Part shown: positions 8,084 through 17,500 of the stretch, piece after piece
Layout: each line of letters begins with the position of its first letter
Numbering within the stretch: the stretch's first letter is position 1
NCBI GenBank assembly: GCA_030699005.1
Contig: JAUYLQ010000034.1
Span: 1 to 34,730 of the forward strand
Source: an archaeon
GTDB lineage: Archaea; Nanobdellota; Nanobdellia; Pacearchaeales; GW2011-AR1
Reading direction: 5' to 3'
DNA: 34,730 nucleotides
The notes under the pieces: model-generated
What the model saw: only the letters and a program-made list of their open reading frames with translations
The model's database searches: none
What the model was told of the DNA's origin: nothing
Translations under genes and position numbers: made by a program

Positions 8084-9832
8084 TTATTCTAAAACAGCTT
8101 TAATTCTTCTCACTCCGGCGGATGAAGATTCCTCTTTAATTATTTTAAATTTTCCAAGTTCGCCTGTTCTCTTTACATGTGGTCCGGTGCATATTTCTTT
8201 ACTGACATACTTTTTGGATTTTTCATCGTAAACATTGTAAACTGAAACTTTTTCCGGATATTTTGCCCCAAACTCTGACTGTGCCCCCGATTTGATTGCT
8301 TCTTTTAAGTTCATTTCTTCTCTTTTTACCGGGAGGTTTTTCCCGATTTTGTCGTTGACCCATTCCTCAATTTTTTTCTTTTCTAACTCAGTTAACTTTC
8401 TCTCAAAATTAAAGTCAAACCTTAGCCTTTCAGGAGTGATGTTTGATCCCCTTTGGACTATTGATTTATCATTTAGAACTTGTCTTAAAGCTTCATTCAA
8501 AAGGTGAGTTGCTGTGTGGAGCTTTTCTGTCTTTTCTGAATGGTCGAGAAGTCCAGACTTAAATTTACCCGCAGAAGCTGTTTTAGAGAGTTCCTGATGT
8601 TTTTTTAACTCTTTTTCATATTCTTTTTCGTCCACTTCAATTCCTTTTTCTTCACCAAATTCTTTAGTTAGTTCTATTGGGAATCCATAAGACTGATATA
8701 AAAAGAATGCCTCTTTTCCTGTAATAATTTTATTTTCTTTTGTTAATTTTTCAAATCGCTTCACTCCACTTTCGAGTGTTTCACCGAATTTTCTCTCTTC
8801 TTTTTCAAGTTCTTCTTTTATCTTCTCTTTGTTGAGTTTATAATCAGAATAAATTTTGAAGACGGGTTCAGCAACTTTTGAAGTAAATTTTTCAATTCCA
8901 AGATTTCTGCCATACCTTATTGCTCTCCTTATCAAACGCCTTAATACGTATCCCCTTTCCATGTTCGAGGGTGTGACCCCGTCAGAAATTATGAATGCTG
9001 CCGCTTTTACATGGTCTGCAATTATTCTCATTGCTTTTTCATTTTCTTTGTAACTTTTTTTTGAAATTTCTTCAATCTTTTTTATAATTGGCGCCCACAT
9101 ATCCGCAAGATAATTGTCTTCAAGTCCGTTTAATATCGCAACTGTTCTTTCAACTCCGCCTCCAAAGTCTATATTTTTTTGTTTTGCTGGAGCATAAGAC
9201 CCATTTTCATTTTTTATGTACTCCATTAAGACGTCATTTCCTATTTCAACCCAATTTTCATCTTTCGGATTATATTTTTTTGGGGCTTTTTTCCCGTTCG
9301 GTTTCCAATAAAACATTTCGGTATCGGGTCCGCATGGCCCTGTTCTTCCCGCAGGACCCCACCAGTTGTCATCTAAGAAGGCAATTCTTTCTTTTGAAAT
9401 TCCCAGTTCTTTCCAGATTTTTACCGATTCTTCATCTCTTTGAACATTTTTGTTACCTGCAAAAATACTAACAGCATACCTTTCAAGAGGAATTTTTAAT
9501 ATTTTTGTGTGGAATTCAAAAGTCATCTTTATTGCTTCTTCTTTCCAATAACTTCCTAGTGACCAGTTCCCAAGCATCTCAAAAAATGTATGGTGAAAAG
9601 AATCTCCAACTTCATCAATGTCACCCGTTCTTATGCACCTCTGAACATTTACCAGTTTTTTTCCAAGAGGGTGTTTAATCCCTGAAAGAAACGGGACAAG
9701 AGGGTGCATGCCTGCGGTAGTAAAAAGAACTGTCGGGTCATTCTCAGGAACAAGGGATGCCCCGGGAATTTCTTTATGACTTTTTTCCTTAAAAAATTCA
9801 AGATATTTTTTTATTAATTCTTTTCTGTCCAT
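8084..9832 (-). CDS. alaS: Alanine--tRNA ligase, short form (no C-Ala domain)
   Basis: DPTVLFTTAGM, VQRCIRTGDIDEVG..HHTFFEMLGNWS, GPCGPDTE, IDFGGGVER, IADH, GYVLRRLIRRA, LYQSYGFP, HTATHLL, EICTGPHV, GVRRIKA. Confidence 0.98.
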   Translation of the reverse strand: MDRKELIKKYLEFFKEKSHKEIPGASLVPENDPTVLFTTAGMHPLVPFLSGIKHPLGKKLVNVQRCIRTGDIDEVGDSFHHTFFEMLGNWSLGSYWKEEAIKMTFEFHTKILKIPLERYAVSIFAGNKNVQRDEESVKIWKELGISKERIAFLDDNWWGPAGRTGPCGPDTEMFYWKPNGKKAPKKYNPKDENWVEIGNDVLMEYIKNENGSYAPAKQKNIDFGGGVERTVAILNGLEDNYLADMWAPIIKKIEEISKKSYKENEKAMRIIADHVKAAAFIISDGVTPSNMERGYVLRRLIRRAIRYGRNLGIEKFTSKVAEPVFKIYSDYKLNKEKIKEELEKEERKFGETLESGVKRFEKLTKENKIITGKEAFFLYQSYGFPIELTKEFGEEKGIEVDEKEYEKELKKHQELSKTASAGKFKSGLLDHSEKTEKLHTATHLLNEALRQVLNDKSIVQRGSNITPERLRFDFNFERKLTELEKKKIEEWVNDKIGKNLPVKREEMNLKEAIKSGAQSEFGAKYPEKVSVYNVYDEKSKKYVSKEICTGPHVKRTGELGKFKIIKEESSSAGVRRIKAVLE

Positions 9833-9884
9833 CGTGAAAAAGAGTCTTAAGAATGTTTTAAATTTTTGTGTTAGGGATTAAAAG

Positions 9885-10280
9885 CTAATTGCTTTCGAGC
9901 TTCTCAAGCTTTGCCTGAATTTCTCTTAATTGGGCTTCAATGTCCCCGCTTTTCAGTCTTGAACTTCCTATTTCTACCCCTTCTTTTTCCGTTTCTGAGG
10001 CAGGACTTTCTTTTTGAAGAATTTTTGGAAGTTTCAGTGCAGGGAGAATATTTTCTATTTTTGAAAAGTTCCTTTTAACTTCGATAAACTTTTTCCGTAT
10101 TAAGATTTTTTTTGATAGCTCTTTAAGCCTCAGATTTTTGTGATTAGATATGCTTTGAGAAATTTTTAGAAGGCTCATTTCGGAGGAGAGCAAGTCCCTT
10201 TTTCCACTTATTGCTTCACCATTGTCAAGTTTTATATGGATGGTGTTTCCTTTGGTCTCTGCCGGTTTTTTCTTTGCCAT
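9885..10280 (-). CDS. Hypothetical coiled-coil protein (131 aa)
   Basis: Abuts the upstream gene (10281) with no gap; helical heptads; C-term IEAQLREIQAKLEKL. Confidence 0.8.
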   Translation of the reverse strand: MAKKKPAETKGNTIHIKLDNGEAISGKRDLLSSEMSLLKISQSISNHKNLRLKELSKKILIRKKFIEVKRNFSKIENILPALKLPKILQKESPASETEKEGVEIGSSRLKSGDIEAQLREIQAKLEKLESN

Positions 10281-10886
10281 TTAAATTTTAGAAAAAATAT
10301 CTCTATCAACCCTTTCAATTTGACTTTTCATTCCCTGAATTTCGCTTTCCCAAGTTGATAATTCTCTTTCTTCTTTTTCTTTTAATTCTTTTGTTTCCTC
10401 AAGGAGTTTTTCAATTTCACTGATTTTTTCTTTTGTTTCTTTGAAAACTTTCAGTGCCTCTTCAAATTTGTCTATTCTTATAAAAACAGGACCCGTTTCC
10501 CTGGGCATTCTATCCTCTTCTTGAATCCCTATCCCTCTTTCCATATTTTTCTCGGTTGATTTATAAAGTGGTTTCATTTTTGGCAGCTCAGGAATTCTTT
10601 TTTCAGGAGTGAACTTTGAAGGTTTGTTAAATTGCGGTTTTGGGATAAGTTCCTGCCTTGTTATTTCGGGTTCTTCATCCCCTTCACTATAACCAGAAAT
10701 TGCGTTTTTTATGGACTCTCTTGAAAATCTGTCTCCCATGCTACTTGACGGAAAACTTGGAAGTTCATTAATTGTACCAGAAGAATTCTCATCCATCTCC
10801 GGAAAGTTGCTTTCCATATTCGGTAACTCAGGAAGTTCAGGAAGACTTAAGTTGGTTTCCGGCTTTTTTTTAGAAAATAATCCCAT
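10281..10886 (-). CDS. Hypothetical protein: Pro-rich disordered N-term, C-terminal coiled coil
   Basis: MGLFSKKK start, LPELPELP repeats, PVFIRID followed by long heptad helices; GAGGT RBS upstream. Confidence 0.85.
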   Translation of the reverse strand: MGLFSKKKPETNLSLPELPELPNMESNFPEMDENSSGTINELPSFPSSSMGDRFSRESIKNAISGYSEGDEEPEITRQELIPKPQFNKPSKFTPEKRIPELPKMKPLYKSTEKNMERGIGIQEEDRMPRETGPVFIRIDKFEEALKVFKETKEKISEIEKLLEETKELKEKEERELSTWESEIQGMKSQIERVDRDIFSKI

Positions 10887-11017
10887 TTTTTACCTCTAAA
10901 TATATAATGCATTATATACTTTAAAAATGTTATTCCTGATTCTTTCTCTTTTAATTTACGTCTATCTGGAGAATTTTGACCGAAAGCTATTTTAATTCAA
11001 TCTTTTTTAATTAAAAC

Positions 11018-11788
11018 ATGCTAAATGAACTTCTTGGGGAAATTGTAATTTCAGTTGTAGGAAAGCAGGCGACCGAAATTGTGGAACTCTTGAATACTCC
11101 AAAATATGTAAATGAATTTTTGCTTGCAAAAAAGTTGGGAGTTACAATTAATCAGACAAGAAATATGCTCTACAAAATGTCTGACTACGGTCTTGTTTCT
11201 TCTGTTAGAAAAAAGGATAAGAAAAAGGGATGGTATACCTACTCCTGGAGATTTGAAATTTCAAAATGCCTTGAATTTTTGAAAGACCTTCTTTTAAAAA
11301 ATAAAAAAGAAATTGAAGAGGAAATCGCCTCAAGAAAATTGAAGAGATTTTATGTATGTGAATCCTGTGGCCTTGAATATGATGAAGACCAGGCTCTTTT
11401 GATGGACTTTACATGTGATGAATGCGGGGAGGTTTTTACAGTCAAAGATAGTTCTAAACTTATAAAAGATCTTGAAAAAGCCCTTACAAAAATAAATGCA
11501 AAACTTAAAATCGTTGAAGTTGAAGTTGAAAAAGAGAGGGGGAAACTTGACAAAAAGAAGGCGCTCGATTTGAAAAAAGAAGAGAAAGAGATAATCAAGA
11601 AAAAAGCTCTTCAAAAGAAGAAAAGGGAATTAAACAAGAAGGTTCAAAAAGCAGAAAATGAAAAATCTCTCAAAAAGAGCAATAAAAAAGTGAAAAAAGT
11701 TCTTCCTAAAATGAAGTCTGCAGCAAAAAAAGAGAAAATTCGAAAGAAAGTTTCCCCAAAGAAGGGAAAGAAAGTAAGCAAAAAATAG
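11018..11788 (+). CDS. tfe: Transcription factor E (TFE alpha) with Lys-rich C-terminal tail
   Basis: Extended wHTH (EFLLAKKLGVTINQTRNMLYKM..GLV..RKKDKKKGWYTYSW) plus Zn ribbon (FYVCESC..ALLMDFTCDECG). Confidence 0.93.
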   Translation: MLNELLGEIVISVVGKQATEIVELLNTPKYVNEFLLAKKLGVTINQTRNMLYKMSDYGLVSSVRKKDKKKGWYTYSWRFEISKCLEFLKDLLLKNKKEIEEEIASRKLKRFYVCESCGLEYDEDQALLMDFTCDECGEVFTVKDSSKLIKDLEKALTKINAKLKIVEVEVEKERGKLDKKKALDLKKEEKEIIKKKALQKKKRELNKKVQKAENEKSLKKSNKKVKKVLPKMKSAAKKEKIRKKVSPKKGKKVSKK

Positions 11789-11830
11789 ATGTTTCTTAAG
11801 GTTTAAATAACCCTTTGCCTTTTTTTCAAA

Positions 11831-12499
11831 ATGGCAGTATATCAAGTTTTTCCGGATAAAAAGAGAAGTGTTTTTAAAAGAATTAGTGTCACAACCTGGT
11901 TGATTATTTTGAATGTTTTATTCTTTCTTGTCTTTTACTTTTTAATTTCGCTCGGAGTTTTAAAGATGGATTATATCGCTTTAAATCCTTCAAATATTAT
12001 TAACCATCTTTACATTTGGACTTTTATCACAAGCATGTTTATGCATGGAGGGTTCTTTCATCTTTTTGTGAATATGCTTTCCCTCTTTTTTGTTGGAAAT
12101 CTTCTCGAGAGAATCCTCGGAGGTAAAAGGTACTTTGCTTTTTATATTGCAGCAGGGATTTTTTCTGGGCTGCTTTTTCTAGTTTCATCTTTTATCTTCA
12201 CAAGTGACTTCAATCTCTATGCTGTCGGAGCTTCAGGTGCCATCTTTGGGCTTATTGGGGTTCTTATGTTCTTGACCCCAAACCTTCCGGTTTATCTTCT
12301 TTTTATTCCTGTTCCCGTAAAAATGAAGTATGCCGCACCCGGGATGCTTGTTTTACTTTGGGTTGTTTCAATAGGGTTAAGCGTTCCAATCGGAAACGCT
12401 GCACATCTTGGGGGATTTTTGTTTGGCGTTTTTTATGGGTTTTATTTAAGAAAAAAATACCCCAATAAAGTAAACTATCTTTCAAAACATTTTAGGTAA
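11831..12499 (+). CDS. Rhomboid-family intramembrane serine protease
   Basis: ITSMFMHGGFFHLFVNM, catalytic VGASGAIFG, AAHLGG; multiple TM helices. Confidence 0.95.
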   Translation: MAVYQVFPDKKRSVFKRISVTTWLIILNVLFFLVFYFLISLGVLKMDYIALNPSNIINHLYIWTFITSMFMHGGFFHLFVNMLSLFFVGNLLERILGGKRYFAFYIAAGIFSGLLFLVSSFIFTSDFNLYAVGASGAIFGLIGVLMFLTPNLPVYLLFIPVPVKMKYAAPGMLVLLWVVSIGLSVPIGNAAHLGGFLFGVFYGFYLRKKYPNKVNYLSKHFR

Positions 12500-12500
12500 G

Positions 12501-13106
12501 ATGGTCAAAAGAGGAAGTTTCAATTGGAGGGCATTCCTGGAAGAAGGCTATAAAAATTCTTTTCAGTATATTCAAGAATCAAAAAAATTTATCTATTCTG
12601 CTATCGGGATTTTTTTCTTTTTTTTCCTTGTTGGTTTTTTTGTTCCTTTTCCTGAAAATTTTAAACTTGAAATTTTGAAATATCTCCAGGATCTTATCCG
12701 AGAAACAGAAGGTTTTGGCCTTCTTGATATGATTCTTTTTTTATACGGAAACAATTCTCTTTCGAGTTTCATGGGTCTTTTTTTTGGTTTTATATTTGGA
12801 ATTTTTCCATTTTTGGTTGCATCCTTTAATGGCCTTATTCTCGGGCTTGTTTCAAACTTAAGTGTCTCAGAAGGCGGAATTCTTTCTCTTTGGAGGCTTT
12901 TCCCTCACGGGATTTTTGAACTTCCGGCAATTTTCATTTCTCTTGGATTGGGTTTGAAACTTTCAACTTTTATCTTCGAAAAAAAGAAGTGGGAGTCTTT
13001 AAGGGTCTTTTTTGAAAAGTCTTTTTATGTTTATATTTTGGTCGTTTTGCCGCTTCTTTTAATTGCAGCAATTATAGAAGGAATTCTGATTATTTTTGGC
13101 TCTTAA
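12501..13106 (+). CDS. SpoIIM/DUF95-family integral membrane protein
   Basis: LYGNNS, FNGLILG, LFPHGIFELPAIFIS..G, LLLIAAIIEG motifs. Confidence 0.9.
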   Translation: MVKRGSFNWRAFLEEGYKNSFQYIQESKKFIYSAIGIFFFFFLVGFFVPFPENFKLEILKYLQDLIRETEGFGLLDMILFLYGNNSLSSFMGLFFGFIFGIFPFLVASFNGLILGLVSNLSVSEGGILSLWRLFPHGIFELPAIFISLGLGLKLSTFIFEKKKWESLRVFFEKSFYVYILVVLPLLLIAAIIEGILIIFGS

Positions 13107-13294
13107 TTTTTCAAATCGTTTATTCCAAGGACAATCAGGGAAATTCCAAGAACAATAGCAAAAACCGTAACTACGCCCTGAATTAATTTCCATGCCGCTT
13201 CTCCCCAATCCGAAAGAGGCATTCCCGGAACAATCAAGTAAATAGGAACGACAACAAGAACTAAACCCAAGATTATCTTCAAAGCTTTATTCAT
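13103..13294 (-). CDS. Small two-TM membrane protein (63 aa)
   Basis: Two hydrophobic helices with a short loop; convergent 4-nt overlap with the SpoIIM gene; TATA-like box upstream. Confidence 0.75.
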   Translation of the reverse strand: MNKALKIILGLVLVVVPIYLIVPGMPLSDWGEAAWKLIQGVVTVFAIVLGISLIVLGINDLKN

Positions 13295-13371
13295 ATGTTC
13301 TTTAGGAGAAGGTATTTTAAAAAAGTTTGGTATTTGGTTAATTTTAAAAAGTGCCTGTATGTCTCCATTTT

Positions 13372-14370
13372 ATGGTAATTGTTAAGGATAATGAGGAAAT
13401 TGCAAGAAAAAACATCTTAAGAATGTCCCAAGAAGCAGAAGGGAAGTCAATAAAAGGATATGACTTTAATCGGGGGGTTCTTTATCCTGAAATATTAAAA
13501 AGTTTTAGCTCAACAGGGATTCAGGCAAGCAATTTCTCAAGTGCTGTGAAAATAGTGAATGAGATGATAAAAGAGAAGGCTTTTATTTATCTCGGATACA
13601 CTTCAAACTTGGTTACTTCTGGAGTTCGTGATGTTATACGATATCTTGCAGAGCATAAAAAAGTAGGGGTTTTAGTCACAACTGCCGGGGGGATTGAAGA
13701 AGACATCATAAAATGCCTTGGAGATTTCAAGCTTGGAGATTTCAGAGCCGATGGGAAAACCCTCAGGGAAAAAGGAATAAACCGAGCGGGAAACATTTTC
13801 ATTCCAAACTCAAGATACTGCGACTTTGAAGAGTTCATAATTCCCATTTTAGAAGAGTTTTACAAGAGACAAAAAGGAACAGGAAAGGTTGTCACACCCA
13901 GTGAACTAATATGGAAACTTGGTGAAACAATAAATAATAGGGAGTCAATTTATTACTGGGCTTATAAAAATAAAATTTCTGTTTTTTGCCCAGCAATTAC
14001 TGACGGGAGCTTGGGGGACATGATTTACTTTTTTAAGTCAAAGCATTCGGATTTTTTGATTGATGTTGCTGAGGACATATGGGCTTTGAATAATACCACT
14101 CTTTCCCCTGAAAAGACAGGGGTCGTGATTTTAGGAGGGGGCATTGTTAAGCACTCAATCTGCAATGCAAATATGTTCAGGAACGGGACAGATTATGCAG
14201 TTTATGTGAACACTGCAGAAGAGCATGACGGATCTGATGCTGGGGCCCTTCCTGAAGAAGCTGTCAGCTGGGGAAAAATCTCTCCAAATGCAAAGTCGGT
14301 CAAGGTTTATGGAGATGCATCAATCCTCTTTCCGTTAATTGTCGCTGAAAGTTTTGCTAAAAATAATTAA
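13372..14370 (+). CDS. dys: Deoxyhypusine synthase
   Basis: TGIQAS, FIYLGYTSNLVTSGVR, TTAGGIEEDIIKC, GINRAGNI, FCPAITDGSLGD, LGGGIVKH, DGSDAGA.PEEAVSWGK (active Lys), GDAS. ATG 13372 preferred because TTTTAAAA lies ~25 nt upstream. Confidence 0.97.
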   Translation: MVIVKDNEEIARKNILRMSQEAEGKSIKGYDFNRGVLYPEILKSFSSTGIQASNFSSAVKIVNEMIKEKAFIYLGYTSNLVTSGVRDVIRYLAEHKKVGVLVTTAGGIEEDIIKCLGDFKLGDFRADGKTLREKGINRAGNIFIPNSRYCDFEEFIIPILEEFYKRQKGTGKVVTPSELIWKLGETINNRESIYYWAYKNKISVFCPAITDGSLGDMIYFFKSKHSDFLIDVAEDIWALNNTTLSPEKTGVVILGGGIVKHSICNANMFRNGTDYAVYVNTAEEHDGSDAGALPEEAVSWGKISPNAKSVKVYGDASILFPLIVAESFAKNN

Positions 14371-14441
14371 TTTCCAAAAATCTTTACTACTCAATAATAT
14401 CTAAGATAAATATTTAAATAGAAGTGGAGATTTTTTACGTC

Positions 14442-15539
14442 ATGGGAGATGAAGAAGAGAAAGCAGGAGAACTTTTTTTGCCTTTTTCAAAAGAAAGTTC
14501 GGAGGGGGAACTTGGAAAAGACTTTATTGATGTTCTCAGAATGGTTGCTCCGGGTACGAGTTTAAGAGTTGCATTGGATGATTTTTTAAATGCAAAGATG
14601 GGTGCTTTAATAGTTCTTGATAATGAAAATCTTGGGGGGATAATCGAGGGGGGGTTTACAGTAAACACAAAATTTAGTGCACAAAAACTTGTTGAACTTG
14701 CAAAAATGGACGGAGCAATAATTCTTTCAAAAGATGCAAAAGACATTTTGAGAGTAAATGCTCTTTTATTCCCAGATATTTCAATAAATACAAAAGAAAC
14801 AGGAACTAGGCACAAAGCTGCTGAAAGAACAGCAAAGCAGGCAAAAACAATTGCGATTGCGGTTTCAGAGAGAAAAAATAAAATTTCAATTTACTATGGG
14901 GATTCTTCTTATCAGCTTCAGAGAAGTTCAGAGATTTTAAGAAGAGCTTCCGAAACCCTTCAAATTTTGGAGAAGCAAAGGGATATCTTTGATGAATATC
15001 TTTCAAATTTAAATGCACTTGAACTGAGAAAACATGCAACGATAACGGATGTTTGTTTGGTTCTGCAGAGAGTTGAAATTATGAAAAGGATTTCAGAGAC
15101 TGTTCAGAGGCTTTTAGTTGAGCTTGGAAAAGAGGGAATGATTGTTAAAATGAGATTAAAGGAATTGATGGGGGGTCTTCAGAGAGAGGAGGAATTAATT
15201 TTAAAAGATTATTTTAGCTCCAACCATTCTTCATCTTTGGGGATTCTTGAAAAGATGGATTTTGATTTCTTGCTTGAGCCCTTAAACATTTCAAGGCTCC
15301 TGTTCGAAGAGCTTCATGATAAAAATGTTTCACCCAAAGGATTAAGACTTCTTGCAAAGACCAACCTTCTTGAAAGGTACATGGATTTACTTGTTGGGAA
15401 TTTTGAAAATTTGTCTGAAATCTTGAGCGCGACCAATGAAGAGCTTTTGAGTGTTCTTGGAAGTGAATCAATGCTTGCATTTTTTAAGGAAGAGATTTAC
15501 AATCTAAAAGAAAAAGTTAACCTGGGTAAAGAATTATAA
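14442..15539 (+). CDS. disA: DisA-type diadenylate cyclase (DAC + linker + degenerate HhH)
   Basis: VAPGT.LR, GALIV, ELAKMDGAI (DGA), ETGTRHKAAERTAKQ, AVSE, helical linker ELGKEG..VKMRLKEL, VSPKG.RLL. ATG 14442 preferred because TATTTAAATA lies at 14411-14420. Confidence 0.93.
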   Translation: MGDEEEKAGELFLPFSKESSEGELGKDFIDVLRMVAPGTSLRVALDDFLNAKMGALIVLDNENLGGIIEGGFTVNTKFSAQKLVELAKMDGAIILSKDAKDILRVNALLFPDISINTKETGTRHKAAERTAKQAKTIAIAVSERKNKISIYYGDSSYQLQRSSEILRRASETLQILEKQRDIFDEYLSNLNALELRKHATITDVCLVLQRVEIMKRISETVQRLLVELGKEGMIVKMRLKELMGGLQREEELILKDYFSSNHSSSLGILEKMDFDFLLEPLNISRLLFEELHDKNVSPKGLRLLAKTNLLERYMDLLVGNFENLSEILSATNEELLSVLGSESMLAFFKEEIYNLKEKVNLGKEL

Positions 15540-15584
15540 TTGAGAATCTAAATTATTATAAAATCTATTTTCTTTTTAGTTTAG

Positions 15585-16391
15585 ATGAATGGCGAGGATG
15601 AATTTTTTTTATCAGATTCAGTTAGAGTATATCTGAAATCTGAGAAGAATAAACTTGAAGAGCTGGTGGTACTCGCAAAATCAAAGGATGTTTCAAATGA
15701 AATTGGCATAATGAAGAAGATGGGGGATTTCCCGCCATTTACGATGCTTGTTTATGAAAATTTTTTAGGTTGGAGCAATTTTCATCGTAAGGATGAGAGT
15801 ATAATCTTAACCTTAACGGATTATTCTGACAAAATGTTTGAAGCATGGGTTGATTGCTCTTTTTCATTCAACAAAAGTCCCATTCGCATAATAAAAAAGA
15901 TGAGCAGCTTTGAAGAATTTTATCGAAGAATAAATCTCAGAACGAGTTTTGATTGGGTCGAGTATGACTATAAAACTCAAGTAATGCGTGAAAACATGAA
16001 AAAAACATGTTCAGTTAAAAAATATCTTGATTTAAACCTGTCGTACTCCCCTGAAAAAGAGGTTTATTCTTTAACTGACTTTCAGGATGGGGTTAGAGTA
16101 AATCTCCTTATGATTAATGAAGATAAAAATGGTCCAGAAGGAAAAAGGCTTTTTTCGTGTGAAGGTAATCAGGAGATGTATTCCCTGTCTCTTGGGGCTG
16201 TTGAAGAGATGATTCTTTCTAGAAATCCTGATGCAATCATTGTAAGGGAGCCCTTTTTTTGCTGTTCCGGAAGCATTATAAAAATCCCTAGCTGCGTTCA
16301 AAATGTTTTTCTAAAAGCTTACTTAGAAAAGTTGGGATTAAAAATGCCGGAAAAAGGGGAGTCCAGGATAGATTTAATAAGTCCAAACTGA
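15585..16391 (+). CDS. Hypothetical protein (268 aa)
   Basis: Long non-overlapping ORF, co-oriented between disA and the DHH gene; no motif recognised. Confidence 0.75.
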   Translation: MNGEDEFFLSDSVRVYLKSEKNKLEELVVLAKSKDVSNEIGIMKKMGDFPPFTMLVYENFLGWSNFHRKDESIILTLTDYSDKMFEAWVDCSFSFNKSPIRIIKKMSSFEEFYRRINLRTSFDWVEYDYKTQVMRENMKKTCSVKKYLDLNLSYSPEKEVYSLTDFQDGVRVNLLMINEDKNGPEGKRLFSCEGNQEMYSLSLGAVEEMILSRNPDAIIVREPFFCCSGSIIKIPSCVQNVFLKAYLEKLGLKMPEKGESRIDLISPN

Positions 16392-16430
16392 CTTCTCAAC
16401 CTTTTTATACTGAAATTTACTCCTTTTTTC

Positions 16431-17474
16431 ATGCTTGAAAAAAAAGAAATAGAGGAAATAAGAGAACACCTCGAGAGAGCTCAAAGCCCCCTTTTTTATT
16501 TTGATAATGATCAGGATGGGCTTTCAAGCTTTCTTATTTTGAGAAGGTTTTATAATAAAGGAAACGGGGTTCCTGTAAAAACTTCTCCTCTAGGAAAAGA
16601 ATATTTAAGAAGGATTGATGAATTTAATCCTGATTATGTATTTATTCTTGACCAGCCAAGAGTTTCCGCGGAATTTTTTGAGTCTTTGAAAGAAAGGAAC
16701 CTTCCTGTTGTCTGTATTGACCATCATGAAATTGAAAAAGAAATCATCCCAGAAGAAGTCAACTATTACAATCCAATTTTTAGTTCAGGAAAAAATGAAC
16801 CCGTTACAAAGTTGTGTTATGAAATTGCAAAAAGAAAAGAAGATTTATGGATTTTAATTGTAGGATGTATCTCTGACAAGTTTTTCCCGGAAGAGTATGC
16901 GGATTTTTCAAAGAGTTACCCCGATTTATCGATTGACTCAAAAGATCCATTCAAAATATTTTATGAATCTGGAATTGGAAAAATCTCAAGAATTACTGGG
17001 ATGGGCTTAAAAGATAAAACAAGCCTTGTTTTCAAACTAATAAGATTTTTAATAAATGTAAAAACTCCTTATGAAATTCTGGAAGAAACTTCTGAAAACT
17101 CTGGTTTGCACAAAAGATTTATGGTTATTGATTCAAAATTAAAAAAATTGGTTCAAAAGGCTAAAGCAGAATCTTCTAATAGAAAACTTCTCTTTTTTAA
17201 GTATTCAGGAGAGATTAGCCTGAGCGCCGATTTGTCTAACAGGATAAGTTATGAACTCCCTGATAAATTGGTTGTTGTTGCTTTTTTGAAGGGTTCAAGA
17301 GTTAATCTTTCAGTAAGGGGAAAGGATGCCAAGAATTTTGTTCAAGAAGCAATTCGGGGAATAGACCTTGCAACTTTTGGAGGGCACCAGGATGCTCTTG
17401 GAGTTCAGATGGATGAAAATCAGCTTGAAATTTTCGAAAAAAATTTGAATTCCCTTTTGAATCAAAAGTCTTAA
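16431..17474 (+). CDS. DHH/DHHA1 family phosphoesterase (NrnA/Pde2-like)
   Basis: FDNDQDG, FILD, IDHH, ISD, SVRG, FGGH..ALG. Confidence 0.9.
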   Translation: MLEKKEIEEIREHLERAQSPLFYFDNDQDGLSSFLILRRFYNKGNGVPVKTSPLGKEYLRRIDEFNPDYVFILDQPRVSAEFFESLKERNLPVVCIDHHEIEKEIIPEEVNYYNPIFSSGKNEPVTKLCYEIAKRKEDLWILIVGCISDKFFPEEYADFSKSYPDLSIDSKDPFKIFYESGIGKISRITGMGLKDKTSLVFKLIRFLINVKTPYEILEETSENSGLHKRFMVIDSKLKKLVQKAKAESSNRKLLFFKYSGEISLSADLSNRISYELPDKLVVVAFLKGSRVNLSVRGKDAKNFVQEAIRGIDLATFGGHQDALGVQMDENQLEIFEKNLNSLLNQKS

Positions 17475-17500
17475 AAAGTTTTATTTCTATAATTCTTCAT

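Noticed and set aside
14442..17474. CBASS-like anti-phage interpretation of the cyclase locus
   Set aside because: The cyclase is DisA/DAC, not a CD-NTase; no recognisable CARF/SAVED/TM/nuclease effector; housekeeping context.
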